A model generated the notes under the pieces. It had not been told where the DNA came from, did not search any database, and worked only from the letters and a program-made list of their open reading frames with translations. The position numbers were made by a program, and so were the translations under genes. This document shows, in pieces, positions 50,842-63,406 of a stretch of DNA of 64,000 nucleotides. Origin of the DNA: Selaginella moellendorffii. Taxonomy: Eukaryota; Plantae; Lycopodiophyta. The DNA lies in assembly GCF_000143415.4 (NCBI RefSeq), contig NW_003314294.1:1391812-1455811 (forward strand). The letters are read 5' to 3'. Position 1 is the stretch's first letter, and every line of letters begins with the position of its first letter.

Positions 50842-52330
50842 TGTAGCGCACGTGGTTTGGACCCTTTATCTTATGGTGATTTACCATAGGATAACACCAC
50901 GAAGCGGAACCTAAACCCTCTTTATGCCACATGACATATGCCACGTGTCACATGCCATGTGTCCATCGTGGTGCGGAACCCGAGGTTTAGGGCCTTGGGC
51001 CACTGAACGAAGGAACGGGGCCAAACTCCCAAGCGTGGAGCTAAGGAGTGATGGAACTGAACCACGGAGCAACTCTCAAGCATAAAGCCCAAGGAGCGAA
51101 GGGACAAAAGCCCAGAGCGACTTAGAACAGTCCTAGAGTAACCAACATCCCAATGCCAGGACCAGCACGCAAAACAGAGCCAAATGGAGTCTAGCGCTAT
51201 TTCAGCATACCGGTGGCCTAGCCCAAGGACATGGGTACTCCACCAGCTAGCATGGAATGGAACTTAGGCCTAGACCCAAGCCGGACGCAGAACAAGGACA
51301 AGCACACAAGCGGGAGCTAGATTATGCCTCAGGTTGGTCAGCCATGCCCGACCTACCCACTATCCCTACTATACATTTGGAACCCCCTATAGCCCCCCTT
51401 GAGGAACACACGCTTTGAGATTTCACCCCAAGCTTCCCTTAGTATCAAAAGTTAGTCTCTGGGACAAGCTTGAAACTTACTAAATATGGAATGTCCCTAG
51501 ATTATGAATTTGGGCACGAAACAAACACCATTGTGTTCAGGCCGATCTCTACATTCCGTAGATATCCCAAATGAGCAAATCTGGACACTTTTCATAAATA
51601 GCATTTGGGACCGAAATGAGACTAACACAAAGGGCATGATAGCGAGGGTGTTTGGCAGACACGGTAAGTTATCATCCAATGATATTGAGGGACCAATCTC
51701 AATATGCGAGGGTTCTTGTCACTAGCAAGTGCAAGACAAAATGAGATGGGAACTCCTTACCGGGCTAAGTATGCTTAGCTAATAACACGTAGGAATTCCG
51801 TCCTTATGCTCATCCGGTCTAAGTACACTCGAAATGCCCAATTAACTCCACTAACACAAGAGGGACTGATAAAGGGTCCAGCAATACCGACCTCCTGCTA
51901 TCGTGGCAGTAAGGTAAGAGTGTCCGTAAGGACTGGTCGACAGGTAACTTTTGATACCCGAAGTCACATTCATGACACTTTCCCCCCCTAGGGAAGATCG
52001 ACGTCTTCGTCGATGCATACTCGAGTCTAGAATACTGCTAAGGAAACAACTCCAGAAAAAGTTCACGGTATTCACACTATGTGAGAAATGCACCAACTTA
52101 AATGAGTTAGGGGTAACCTCTTTGTCTAACGTAGATGCGCTACCAGCTTAGACACCTTCCGGTCGTCACCGACAAGGAAATGACCAATAGAATTAACCAC
52201 CCTTGCTGCTCTAGTTGTCATCCAGCTTACAAAAGTGTGATATGCCTTGTTTGCAGAGACATAGAGAGAGAAGCCAGAGGCCCCAACCCTCCTGAGCAAA
52301 GAAACCAAACCCCTCGGTAAGGTTTAGATA
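50842..52330 (-). mobile_element. 3' LTR (50842-51977) with PPT and part of the 3' UTR, related to the 7-14 kb LTR family
   Basis: Minus strand: PPT AGGGGGGGAAAG then TGTCATG...TGCGCTACA. 51200-51400 aligns to 12880-13010 and 51400-51975 aligns to 14245-14688. Confidence 0.75.
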
Positions 52331-55300
52331 GACTACTGTAAATAGGCAGTTAGAGTTGTTTACACAGTCACGCTCTTTTAACACTCACATAAACTTTTGT
52401 AGTAGTGACATGGGTGTTGTTCATGGTGTTGCTCAATTGATGATCAAGTCATTGTGAATTCTTATATCATATCCATGTGATAATGAGCAATGTGTTTACA
52501 AAGTTGCTTGGTTAAATGATGATCAACCCCAAAGTGGTTGATGGAGAAGCTAGTCTACTTACATGAAGTAGCATTGTAGTAGCTTTGATTAGATTCTTAA
52601 TAGTAATCCATTATGCTAAGCTTAAGTTGGTTCCTTGTTTCCTTGAGGGTTTGCCTATAAGGTGTTTGAAAGGGTTGTAGCATTCATTTGCTATGACTTG
52701 TCAGTTGATCTGTTTGCACTTGGAGTAGATTGTTGGATGGAGAAGATGTATAATTGAGGCATTAACATCGCTAGCACTTGTGTTAGTGGAAGTGGCATTG
52801 TCGGTTCGAGTGATAAGGAATTCTCTTTAGACCTTGATTTTCCATGTCATTTCTCTTGTTAGTATTTTGGCTTCACATTGGATCTTGAAGGTGGTTGAAG
52901 AAAAGTGTTAGTGCGATATGGATATCCGAAAATGTGGTCTTCGTGATCAAGCCTTGGATGTTCACTTTGCATTTTGCGGATGTCGGTGTTGGATGTTAGA
53001 AGTATGGGCAAAAAGATGTTCAAGGCCTAAGCATATCATAGATCATGAAAATTTGTGTTGAGGTGAACCTATGTGAAGTTGTTAGTAGGAGGAAGTTGGT
53101 TGAGTCTTAAAAGTTTGTATTCCTGGACTGAGAGTCATTCTTTTTCTAGGATGGAAAATTTTCCACAAATTTTCTTAAGCTTTTCCAATAGGCTGATTTG
53201 TTGATCACTTTGCCCAAAAACCATTCCGTTTTCGTAAGCCAGTACAAACTAGTGAAGGGGTAGGAGTTAACTTTGGTTAGCTTAGACCTTAGTAAGTAGT
53301 TTGTATGATGCCACCCGAAAAGGATGCTAACCTTTAGAGCTCAGGCAATTAAGTGGGATAGAGTCTGGAGTTGGTGTAGAAAAGTGGCCGTTGCACTTTT
53401 CTAGAAAGGTGACCCTTGTGCCTTTCTTCTAGCGTTATGTTTGGTGGCAAGTTGCACCTTGCATTCCGTTAAGACTCTATGAGAGTAGTGAGCTCTCACT
53501 GATCTTGACTTAGTCTTGGTGGCCCTGCTCCTTGGTTGAGGATAGTGATGTCCAACTTAGTTGTTTGTAATTGAGATGTTGGTACCCATACTATAGCTTT
53601 GTCTAATTGGAGGTTGTGTACTGATATGAGTTCATCTCGTGGTCTTCACTTTAGTTTCGACTGAGTGTTGATCATGTATAGCTAGTCTCTTCAAGACATG
53701 CTCAGAGCTGTTAGCTAAATGCATTGGTGAGCTTATTACAGTTGAGTTGGATTCGAGTACTCATTTAGTTCGTACTTGTCTATGAACCTTTATCTCGTAT
53801 CTGGGGTATTACGTTCATGTTGGACAAGTGTATGACTCAATGACATGAGTTTAGTGTTTGGGTCTTGTGAAGGCAAGTTGAAGAGTGATTATTAATTGCT
53901 TTGCGACTAGTGATTGCTTATAGACTTTGTCGAGGACCTCTGATACTTGCTTTGCTCGATGATGATTTAGTAGTGATTGTAGCGCATGTGATCATGGGAT
54001 GAGATTTGGATATACTATCACCGTGGATCCTTGGAACCTTGGGGGATAAATGGGGATAAAATAGCCACTAAGGGCTCTCTCATCAAGCAATTGCCCCTTT
54101 TCCAATTGGCTTAAGAGGAGAGAGATAAAGTGCGCTACAGTGATGGGCTTGCTTTATCAGATGGTGTTGCAAAGGATCGTGTTGTTAAACTTACATGGGT
54201 TTTCTATGTTGGCATGTTGACTCTACTTCTGTTGATATCATTTAGTTGCGTTTAGTTTGTAGTATTGAATTTCATTGAGTCTTGGATGTGGTGATTCACT
54301 CCTTGATGAAGTGTTATCTATACCTGAGTATTATTAAAGGATTGGTCTCGGATATTAAGTAAGGTATCTTCGACTTCAGTTAGCTTGGTTACTAAAGAGT
54401 TTTGAGTGGTGATTCACTCTTGCTTTCTTCTAGCTTTGTTCTGGTGTTAATGGCATTGAAGTGATGCCTTGTTATTGACATTATTGGTGTTGAGATTCAA
54501 GTGAGATGAGATGTCTCTCTTTAGGATTGATATTGAGTTTCATTAGTCTCGATGAAGATAGTGTTGATGATTTGGCTATAACTTTGTGTTATTGGCATTT
54601 GTGCAATTGCTAATTAGCAACTATGTTGATGTTCAAATGAATTGAATAGCAAGTTTGAGTTAGTTGTGTTCTCGACAAGATTATTTAGTAGAAGTTGAGC
54701 TTTGGCTTTTCCTTGAAAAGTGATTCAATTGTAGACTATGCTAGCTTTACAAGATGAAGAGTTAGTGATTGATATTAGAATGTTTGAATCCTTGTTGGAT
54801 TTGAGTTGGAATATATTGATCATTGATGATTCTTCTTGTGTTTATTATGAAATGAGTTACGTCTTGCTATAGATGGATTCATGGAGGATCGTTTAATGAT
54901 CACTTGTTGAGCATAACTTTGTTATGCTAAGCTTTTGGATTGATGCAGAAATGCTCTCATTAGCTTTGCATTATGAAGTTTAGCTTCTGGATGTGTTGAG
55001 GAAGATATTGTGAGATATACCATGATTTCTTCTTTAGCATTGAAGTTAGTTTATGCAAAACTTGTGATCATTATTAGGCAAGACTTGGCTATAAGCTTCT
55101 TCGAGTTTTTGGTTCCTTGAGTTTTCATGCTTATGGTCCATTTGTTAAAAGTTGTTGGGGAAGGCATTTTAGCTCATTAACTTCGATATTGAAGTTGGCT
55201 TTTGCATCTAACAATCATTGGTGATGATTGACTATCATCTAAGATAGTTGATTGTCCTTGTCAAAAGATTTTGTTTGATTGTTATTGATATAGACTAATT

Positions 55301-56030
55301 TGTCATTCTTCGGGATGGTCGATTCTTTCTTCAATGATGATTATGCATCACTGTATTGATATGATGATTGATGATCTTTCATGATAGTTAGTTGTTCTTT
55401 TTGATGACTTATGGCTTTTCGCATTACCTCATGTACTTTGTGGTTTGCTCTGGATTGGTCTCTTGGGTTTGAGACATCAATAGGATGTTGCTAACACTTG
55501 CTTGAGCAACTCTAGTTCCTTGGTATTGTTGACTGAGATCTGTTCGAATTAGCTAGTGTGATAATTAGCATGAATGAATATTTGTTGGTCTTGCCACATT
55601 CATTTTGTTCTGTTGATTATTGCTCGAGTTAGTTCTGATAGATTTGGATGTAATTTCCTTTAGGTGATACATTCGCGAGCATTGTGCTTGTCAATCAATG
55701 ATACTTTGTGTTTCTTTGAGTTTTCTTTTATAAGTTGTTTGGCTTACTATCTACCATCTTCAATAGTTAAGCTTTATCATTGAATTTACTTGATGATCTA
55801 CTTGCTATTGAATTTTGTTGGATGGTGAATCTTGTGTTTACCAATTATGATGATCTTGGTGGTTCTTGTACTATACTACTAGTTTATTGGATGATAACTT
55901 ACTTGGAATACTTTTGTGTTCTAATCTAAGATATATTCATTGATAATTAAGTCTCTAAGATATCATTGTCTATGACTTTGATATTGTCCATCTATTGATC
56001 TTTGGGTTTGGGCCAGTATAGGCAGACTGG
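52330..56030 (-). mobile_element. Heavily decayed, strand-biased (A/C-rich on minus) relic, possibly LINE ORF2
   Basis: No ORF of 60 aa or more over about 3.7 kb, strong compositional strand bias, only weak protein-like fragments. Confidence 0.25.
53978..54139 (+). mobile_element. 162-bp solo LTR of the TRIM-like family
   Basis: TGTAGCGCA...TGCGCTACA 9-bp inverted termini; 5-bp TSD GTGAT (53973-53977, 54140-54144). Reverse-complement match to 14690-14872. Confidence 0.88.
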
Positions 56031-56321
56031 CTTTGGCTCTTCGTGTGCATGGTGAAATCTTTAGTCATGGGGTAGCTACTGTCAACTGGTCACGTAACTT
56101 GCCTCTCTGTCGATGTTCCTTATTCCGAGCAGCAATTCCGATGATCTTGATCCACCGCCTTTTCGTCTTCTTGTGTCTGGGCAGCAGCGGTGCAGGCACC
56201 AGATCCACGACCTCAAATTCGTCAATCTCAGCCTCTTCCATTCGCCGGGCCTCCCCCATTCTTCTTCTCGGGGAGTGGTTCTTGGAAGAACCCTAAACAA
56301 TACTTCTCTAGAAGGAACTAG

Positions 56322-56660
56322 ATGGTGATTCTTTTGCCGCCTTCCTGCTGCGATTACCAATGCGACAGATGCATCGCCTTGCTCGCCGCCACAGCTGCTG
56401 CGGCATCGTCGACTCTTGCCACCTCCGCCACTCCTTCGATCGATCTTGTTGACACGAGCATCACCGATCGAGTGTTCTTCAATCTGGGGCTATGCCAGAG
56501 CAGTAACACGCCTGCGGGGGGCCGGCCGACGTGCAACGATTCTGATTTGCAGCCCCTTGGCCGTGTCGTGATTGGCCTCTATGGCAATCAAGTGCCACAC
56601 ACAACCCGATTGATCAAGGCCATGGCCACCGGCGCGGTGGGAAGCTCCTACCAAGGCATC
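56322..56660 (+). pseudogene. 5' fragment of a thylakoid-lumen cyclophilin (CYP28-like)
   Basis: DTSITDRVFFNLGLC...C..SDLQPLGRVVIGLYGNQVPHT..KAMATG..SSY. Similarity stops abruptly and the cyclophilin C-terminal half is absent. Confidence 0.7.
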
Positions 56661-57366
56661 AAGTGTCAATTTAGTTCGACAAAATGTAACATAAATGCCA
56701 CATTCCACCAATAGAGATTTACAACACCTAACACCACTAACTTTTGTTCACAATATGGACAAGCTCATGCCACTCTCTATCCGACCAAACTCAACACTAA
56801 TCCAACACCAAACTACTCAAAGAGCAATAGCAAGGTTCCTCGGAAAAGAATTGAGCATTGCAACCCAAGTCTTCCAATAACAAGTCTAGACAAAATGGTA
56901 TAGCGCTTCACCGCTATCCATCCCATGACTCACCATTTGCAAGACCATCATTTTCAACATGCATCAAAGTAGGAACTCTTGATTGCATAATATGAACACG
57001 AGCAATGAGTTAACACCTCGTTGCAAATCATCTCTCCAAGAAGAAAACATGATTTACATGTTTGATCCTTCGTCTCCGATGACTCTCTTTTCGGTCTCAT
57101 CTTTAACTACACCTCAAGCTTGCTTTCACACTGCCTTCAGTCCAATCCAAGAAAAGTTTATGAGAGAGCACGGCACTGACTACTTGAATCAATAGACTAA
57201 TCCCTATAGTCTTGATTGATCCACTTGTAGTCTTGCTTAGGAAGGATCCACTAGTGCCGTACTTAATAGCTACGGACCAGCTTATTTGCTACTCATACCA
57301 AACCTAGGGAGGTTTGCTTTCACCCATGGTACATGGAACAACTCATGGAACCACCGATAAGCTAAC

Positions 57367-58522
57367 TATAAGGAACCAACTCGCCGAGGTGTCGTAGGCT
57401 AAAGGAACCCCGAAAGCATGACCAAAATGACAAAGAGTTCATCGGATGGGACCAAGTCGAAGATCGAGTCCAAGACCGACTCTAGGACTGAGTTCGAGAT
57501 AGAGTCCGGAATCGAGTCCGAGACCGACTCGGGGACCGAGTTAGAGTCCGAGTTCAAGACCGAGTTCGAGACGGAGTCCGAGATCCGAAATTGGGCCGAA
57601 ATTGGGTCCGAGACCGAGTCCGAGGTCGAGTCCGAGGTCGGGTCCGAGATCGGGTCCGAGATCGAGTCCGAGATCGAGTCCGAGACCGAATCCGAAATCG
57701 GGTCCGAGATCGAGCCAGAGACTAAGTCCAAATACTAATACGGGTCAAGGGGTGAAAGCCCAAAGCGTGCGTCTCCCAGGGGGGGGGGGGGGGGGGGGCT
57801 GCAGGGGGTTCCAAAAGTATAGTAGGGATAGTGAGGTCCAGGAACCAGTTTAGAATGGACTCTCCAGTGGGGCTCCCAAACTGACTTGAGGTTGGGACTG
57901 GGACTGAGGGACCTTGGGTGGGAGTAAGCATGGACTTGGTTGGTGCCGGAGGGGCCATCCAAGGAAGTGCTCAAGAGCAGCTCCCACTCCCGAAAGGGAA
58001 ACCGATTGCGGTGCTCCTGGCTCATGTGGAGTGGTGCCCCACTTGAGTACCATGCGGCTCATTGGTCCTCGCCCTTCCTAGGGGCTTGGGCCTTCCTTCG
58101 GGATGGAAGTGGGGGGCGAGAGGTACCCATACTGGGCTGCTAGGCCACGGTGTTTCACCCCGGCGTCCCGAAGCAAGTGTTGCACTCAAGACTTGGGATT
58201 TAGAGGGTCCCATGATCAAGTCTTGTGGTACCAAAGGATGTTAGGAACCTGGAAGCTTGGTGTGCTTGGCTGCTTGTGCTTGCGGGGAGTGTAGCCGAAC
58301 CTTAAGTCCAGTCTAACCCAGGGAGGGGGATTAGGAGTGATTTGGGAATCTGTGGATGGATGGCTAACATTCCGTTGCTCGTGCAGTGAGTAGTTGAGAC
58401 CAAGTAGGAGCTGGTACCATAGGCGAGAACCTTGGCAAGGGAACTTAGCAAAAGCCAAGGCGGTGTTGGACGGATAGACGAGGTAAGCTGGCAAATTGGA
58501 AAGGAAAAATTTGTGGCTTACA
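57367..58522 (+). repeat. 5' LTR (1156 bp) with GAGTCC/GAGATC microrepeats and a G-run
   Basis: The first ~184 bp match 63747 onward with 7 mismatches. Ends GGCTTACA before the PBS. Confidence 0.93.
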
Positions 58523-61500
58523 ATTTGGTATCGGAGCCTTTATCTCAGTTCTAGCGAAGGATAGAGGCAGATTGCTGGGAGATGGCAAGGGCAGGGCGTA
58601 AGCGAACCCAGGCAGAGACGGAACCTCCACCAGAGCTGGAGCCTCCGGTCGAACAAGATGCTATGGATGAGGAATCCTTGCATGAGGAGGACTCTAGTGA
58701 GGAAACTTCCAAACAGGAGTCCGGTGGCGAGGTTCGGTCGTCCAAGGCTCGATTGGATGTGCTAGAAGGACAGTTGGCACAGACCAATGCCCTGCTGGAA
58801 ACTCTCGTACGCAAGCTAAAGCGTGACGAGAGGCGGAAGAAAAAGAAAAAGACTGCGGATGCTGGCAGCGCAGAAGGTGCGGATCTTTCGGCCGGGACTG
58901 AGGCAAAACAAAACAAGGTTGAACAGACCAAAGTAGAATCAGTCCCTCAGGCAGTTCCGAAGTACAAACCAAAGCCCCCACCGGTCTTCAAGGGAGTGAA
59001 CGACTATAAAGTGGTGGAGGATTGGTTTTACGATATGGAGGACTACTTCCGAGCGTTGTGATTACCAAGCTCGGAGAAGGTCCCATGTGCAAAACCATAC
59101 TTGGCAGATAATGCCAAGTCTTGGTGGAGAACGACGGAGGCCAACGAAGGACCAGTGGCCACTTGGGACATGATGAAAGCGAGGATCCGCGCAACATACA
59201 TTCCTCCGAATGCCACTCTGCATCTGAGAGATGAGCTGAGTAGGCTGAAGCAGACTGGAACCATCCAGGAATATGTGAATGGGTTCATGGCAAAGAGGAT
59301 ACTTGTCACAGACATGGGGGATATGGATGTGTTCCATGCCTTCATATCAGGTTTGCAAACCTGGGCTCGCGGTGAGGTGATGCGGTGGAACCCGACCAAC
59401 TACAAGGAAGTGTTGGATGCGGCCATCAAGGTGCATTTCAACGATAACCTGCGAAAGGGGAACACGACGGGGTCGGGATCCACATTTAGCAAAGGGGCCA
59501 AACCAAGGGGAACGTATAGCAAGGGGAAATTCAAAAAGAGTTTCTCTAAGAATGAGTCCTCGGGGTTCCGGAAAGGCAAATCCGGTGGCCAGCGAGCGAG
59601 TATGTGGGGGAGTCAAGCAAAAAAAGACAAACCCACGGATAAGAAGGTCAAGTCATATAGCAGCGTGGGAAACAACGTATGCTACAACTGCGGCGAAGCG
59701 GGACACTTCTCGAGGGAATGTCCGTACCCGAAGAAGGCCAGAGCCAATATGGCCATCAAGTCGGGTGAAGTCCAAACTGAGGTATGTGATCCAGTCCCTA
59801 ACTCAAAGTTACTCATTACACGAGCAACTTTGGTAGAGAGTCGTTCGCGACATCTACTAGCACTCCGAGGGAAGCTCAGAGGTAGCTTTGTTAAGATCCT
59901 TATTGACACGGGTGCTTTGGATAATTTTGTGGCTGCAGACATAGTCCGGCAAGCCGGACTAACGGTGCAGTGGCTAGGCGAACCAAGGACTATAGAGTTT
60001 GTTCAAGGTAGCCAAAGCACCGATGAGGTACTTCGACAAGCGAGAGTCGAAGTGGGGACATGGAAAGTGGACATGGATTTCACCGTCTTGGACATGGCGG
60101 GATTTGACGTGATCTTCGGAATGGATTGGTTTAATCGGTTCGTGGTAGCCCTACATGGACAAGGTAGGAACCTTGTGGTATTGGCGAATGCCCAAGGAAG
60201 AAGATCTAGGGTGGAGGCCTAGGATCTAAAGGTAGGGCAAAGTAAGGCCAAAGAGTCATGCTTAAACCTGGTTTCCACGAGAGGACAACTCACTAAAGGA
60301 ACTAAGGCAGCCTTTTTGTGCTTACTCTCGGTGAAGAGTGACAAAAAGACAAGAACAGAAGAAGTACCTTTAGTGATCCAGCTGGTGCTGGACCAATTCC
60401 AGGATACCATGCCGGGGGAGCTACCGGCGGGGTTGCCCCCCGCACGACTGATAGAACATAAGATTGAGCTGGTCGAGGGTGCTGAGGCGGTGGTTCGTCC
60501 ACCCTATCGATTGAACGAAAAAGAACTCGCGGAGCTCAAGAGCCAACTAGAGGAGTTGGTGGACAAAGGGTATGTTAAGTTGAGCAAGTCGCCGTATGGG
60601 GCGCCGGTGCTATTTGTGAAAAAGAAAGATGGATCTATGCGCATGTGCATAGACTACCGGTTGCTCAACAAGTATACCAAGAAGAACAAGTACCCTTTGC
60701 CAAGGATCGAGGACCTGTTCGATGGCAAAATACTTCTCGAGGATTGACCTAAGGTCAGGATACTACCAGATCAGGGTAGCTGAGGAAGATGTCGAGAAGA
60801 CAACCTGTCGAATGAGGTATGGGAGCTTTGAGTTTCTGGTGATGCCCTTTGGGCTGTGCAATGCGTCGGCAACGTTTTCGGCGTTGATGAACCACATCTT
60901 TGTACCCTATCTGGATCACTTCGTGGTCGTCTATATCGACGATATCCTGATCTATAGCAAGACGCTAGAGGAGCATGCCGAACACTTGGCAAAGGTGTTT
61001 GAGAAACTAAGGGAACACAAATTGTATGCTAAAGAGAGCAAATGTGACTTTGCTCAACAAGAGGTAAAGTTTCTCGGGCATGTGGTGGGCCAGGACGGGC
61101 TCAAGGTGGACCTGGAGAAGGTCCAAGCGATCCAGGAATGAGAGCGACCTTCGAATGTACATGAGTTGAGGGCGTTCTTGGGGCTATGCAACTACTATCG
61201 AAAGTTTATCAGACACTATTCGAGAGTAGCCCTGCCCTTAACGGACCAAACAGGAAAAGGGAAGATGGTATGGATGGCGGAATGCGAGGCGGCATTCGTC
61301 CACCTCAAAGGGAAGTTGAGGAAGGCTCCGGTGTTGGCATTACCAGATTTTGGTAAGGACTTTGAGGTAGACACGGATGCTTCGGACTTTGCGTTGGGCG
61401 CAGTTTTGAAGCAAGACAACCATCCAGTAGCGTTCTTCTCGAAGAAGTTGGACAAGGCTCAACAGAAGTGGCCTGCCCATGAGAAGGAATTGTTTGCGGT

Positions 61501-62444
61501 GGTCAAGGCGCTCAAGGAGTGGCGACACTACCTTGGGAGACACTTCAAGGTTTACACGGACAATGTGGCAACGAAACACTTCTTGTCACAGCCCGACCTG
61601 AGAGGGAAACAAGGTCGGTGGGCCAATGCCTTAGCCGAGTTTGATTGCGAGATTCTGTACAAGCTTGGGAAGAGCAACATCGTGGCAGATGCGCTAAGTC
61701 GAAAAGCGAGCTTGAGGTTGGCGATCTCCAGCGCAACAGCAACCTTCTGGGACGATGTGCGGACAGCATATCAGAACGATGGTCTAGCACAAGAAGTGTT
61801 GTTGAGGAATCTGGAGGCACGGGAAGCTCACCAGAGAGGTGAGCTGCCGACGGAAGAGAAAACGGGCTATGCGGAACGCAACGGACTCATTTATTACAAG
61901 CAAACGAGGGTGTATGTTCCAGAAGGGGAACTAAGGAAGGTAGCCTTAGAAGAGTGTCATGACGGACCTCTTGCGGGACACGGCGGAGTGCCCAAGACGA
62001 TGGGCTTACTCAAGAGGAAGTACCATTAGTCAGATATGGCTAAGGACGTCCAAGACTATATAAAGACATGTCCAACATGTCAGCAGGTCAAAGCCGTGAC
62101 TAAGGCTGGTGGGGGCTTGTTGCAAAGCATCCCAATTCCAGATCGTCCGTGGAAATGTCTTACGATGGACTTCATCACGGGACTACCCCCAAGCGAGGGG
62201 TTCGATGCGATATTAGTGGTGGTGGATCAATTTTCGAAGATGGCACATTTCATACCCACCACAACGGATGTGGATGCGGAAGGTGTGGTGAAGCTGTTCT
62301 TCGAACAAGTAGTTCGAGTGCGGGGAAGGCCAGAAGAGATTATCTCAGATCGAGATAAGATCTTCACTAGTAGGTTCTGGAGGACCCTCCTGGAACAGTA
62401 TCGCACCAAGTTGAAATTCAGCACAGCCTATCACCCACAGACAG

Positions 62445-62491
62445 GTATAGGGTATTAAGTCAAGTTTGGTGGCCCTAACACTTCTTGACAG
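62445..62491 (+). other. Putative 47-bp GT-AG intron in the integrase core
   Basis: CAG|GTATAG...CTAAC (62475-62479)...CTTCTTGACAG|AC. Removal gives STAYHPQT-D-GQTERVN in frame. Confidence 0.88.
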
Positions 62492-62909
62492 ACGGACAAA
62501 CGGAAAGGGTGAATAGGCAGCTGGAGGATTATTTGCGATGCTATGTCTCGGGAGACCAGACCAATTGGGTAAGTCATTTGGGACTTGCAGAAATGTGTTA
62601 TAACAACTCACCACATTCGAGTATCGGGGTGAGTCCATGGGAAGTCATCAATGGGCGAGCTATTGAAGGTTCTGTGGAACTCGGCGTGGCCGAGTATCAT
62701 GGAGAGCTACCCGTAGTGGAGGCATTCACGGCGGAAAGACTCAACATTTGGAATCTAGTGAGGGATTCCTTGGAACGGGCTCAACAAAGGCAGACCAAGT
62801 ACGCGAACTTAAAGCGCCAGGATGTAGAGTTCCAAGCTGGGGAGAAGGTGTGGCTGAACACCAAGAACCTCAGGCTACCAAGTGGGATCAGCAGAAAGTT
62901 GACCCAAAG

Positions 62910-62961
62910 GTAAAAATGCATGTATTCCTGTAAATGAATTGATCTTGAGTTCCTTAAGCAG
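62910..62961 (+). other. Putative 52-bp GT-AG intron before the GPY/F motif
   Basis: AAG|GTAAAA...TTCCTTAAGCAG|GT. Removal gives SRKLTQ-R-FAGPYEI in frame. Confidence 0.88.
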
Positions 62962-63406
62962 GTTCGCGGGGCCTTATGAGATCGAGGCACGAATCGGTAA
63001 AGTGGCTTACCGACTCCGACTTCCTCCAGAGATGGGGAAGATGCACCCAGTGTTCCACGTGAACTTACTCAAGCCGTACTTTGAGGATCCGCTTCGCAAG
63101 GACTAAGTAAGACCCTTACCTGAGGTTATCCAAGGGGAAGAGGAATACGAAGTTGAGGCCATCCTCAATGCGCGCAAGAGCAAACGACAAGGACGCGAGG
63201 TGAGAGAGTTCCATGTGAAGTGGAAAGGATTTCCACACTGCGAAGCAACATGGGAACCGGAGAAGAACCTAGCGAACGCGCGAGATCTAGTGGAGGAATT
63301 TCTGCAAGGCAGAACTCTATGTACTTATGCAAAGTTCAATTAAAAATATCAATTTGCAAAGTTGAGCAAGTGGCATATGTTGGGACCCGAAGGAGCGCCG
63401 AAGGTA

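Larger units (their letters stand above)
58582..63343 (+). pseudogene. gag-pol polyprotein (spliced; 5 nonsense codons and 1 frameshift deletion)
   Basis: In-frame stops ending at 59061, 60222, 61141, 62029 and about 63107; a small deletion at about 60723 (DLFD/AKYF); introns at 62445-62491 and 62910-62961. Confidence 0.9.

Noticed and set aside
57399-57738. Glu/Ser-rich ORF (ESETESE...) and its antisense ORF
   Set aside because: By-product of 6/12-bp microrepeats in the LTR U3. The same pattern occurs at 44850-44950.
60715-60750. Programmed frameshift or third intron in RT
   Set aside because: Conserved residues between DLFD and AKYF are missing, so this is a simple deletion. There is no GT-AG insert or slippery site.
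58582-63343. Domesticated host gene explaining the introns
   Set aside because: The copy has both LTRs (about 96% identical over the comparable part), PBS, PPT and several nonsense mutations, so it is a decaying transposon, not a conserved gene.
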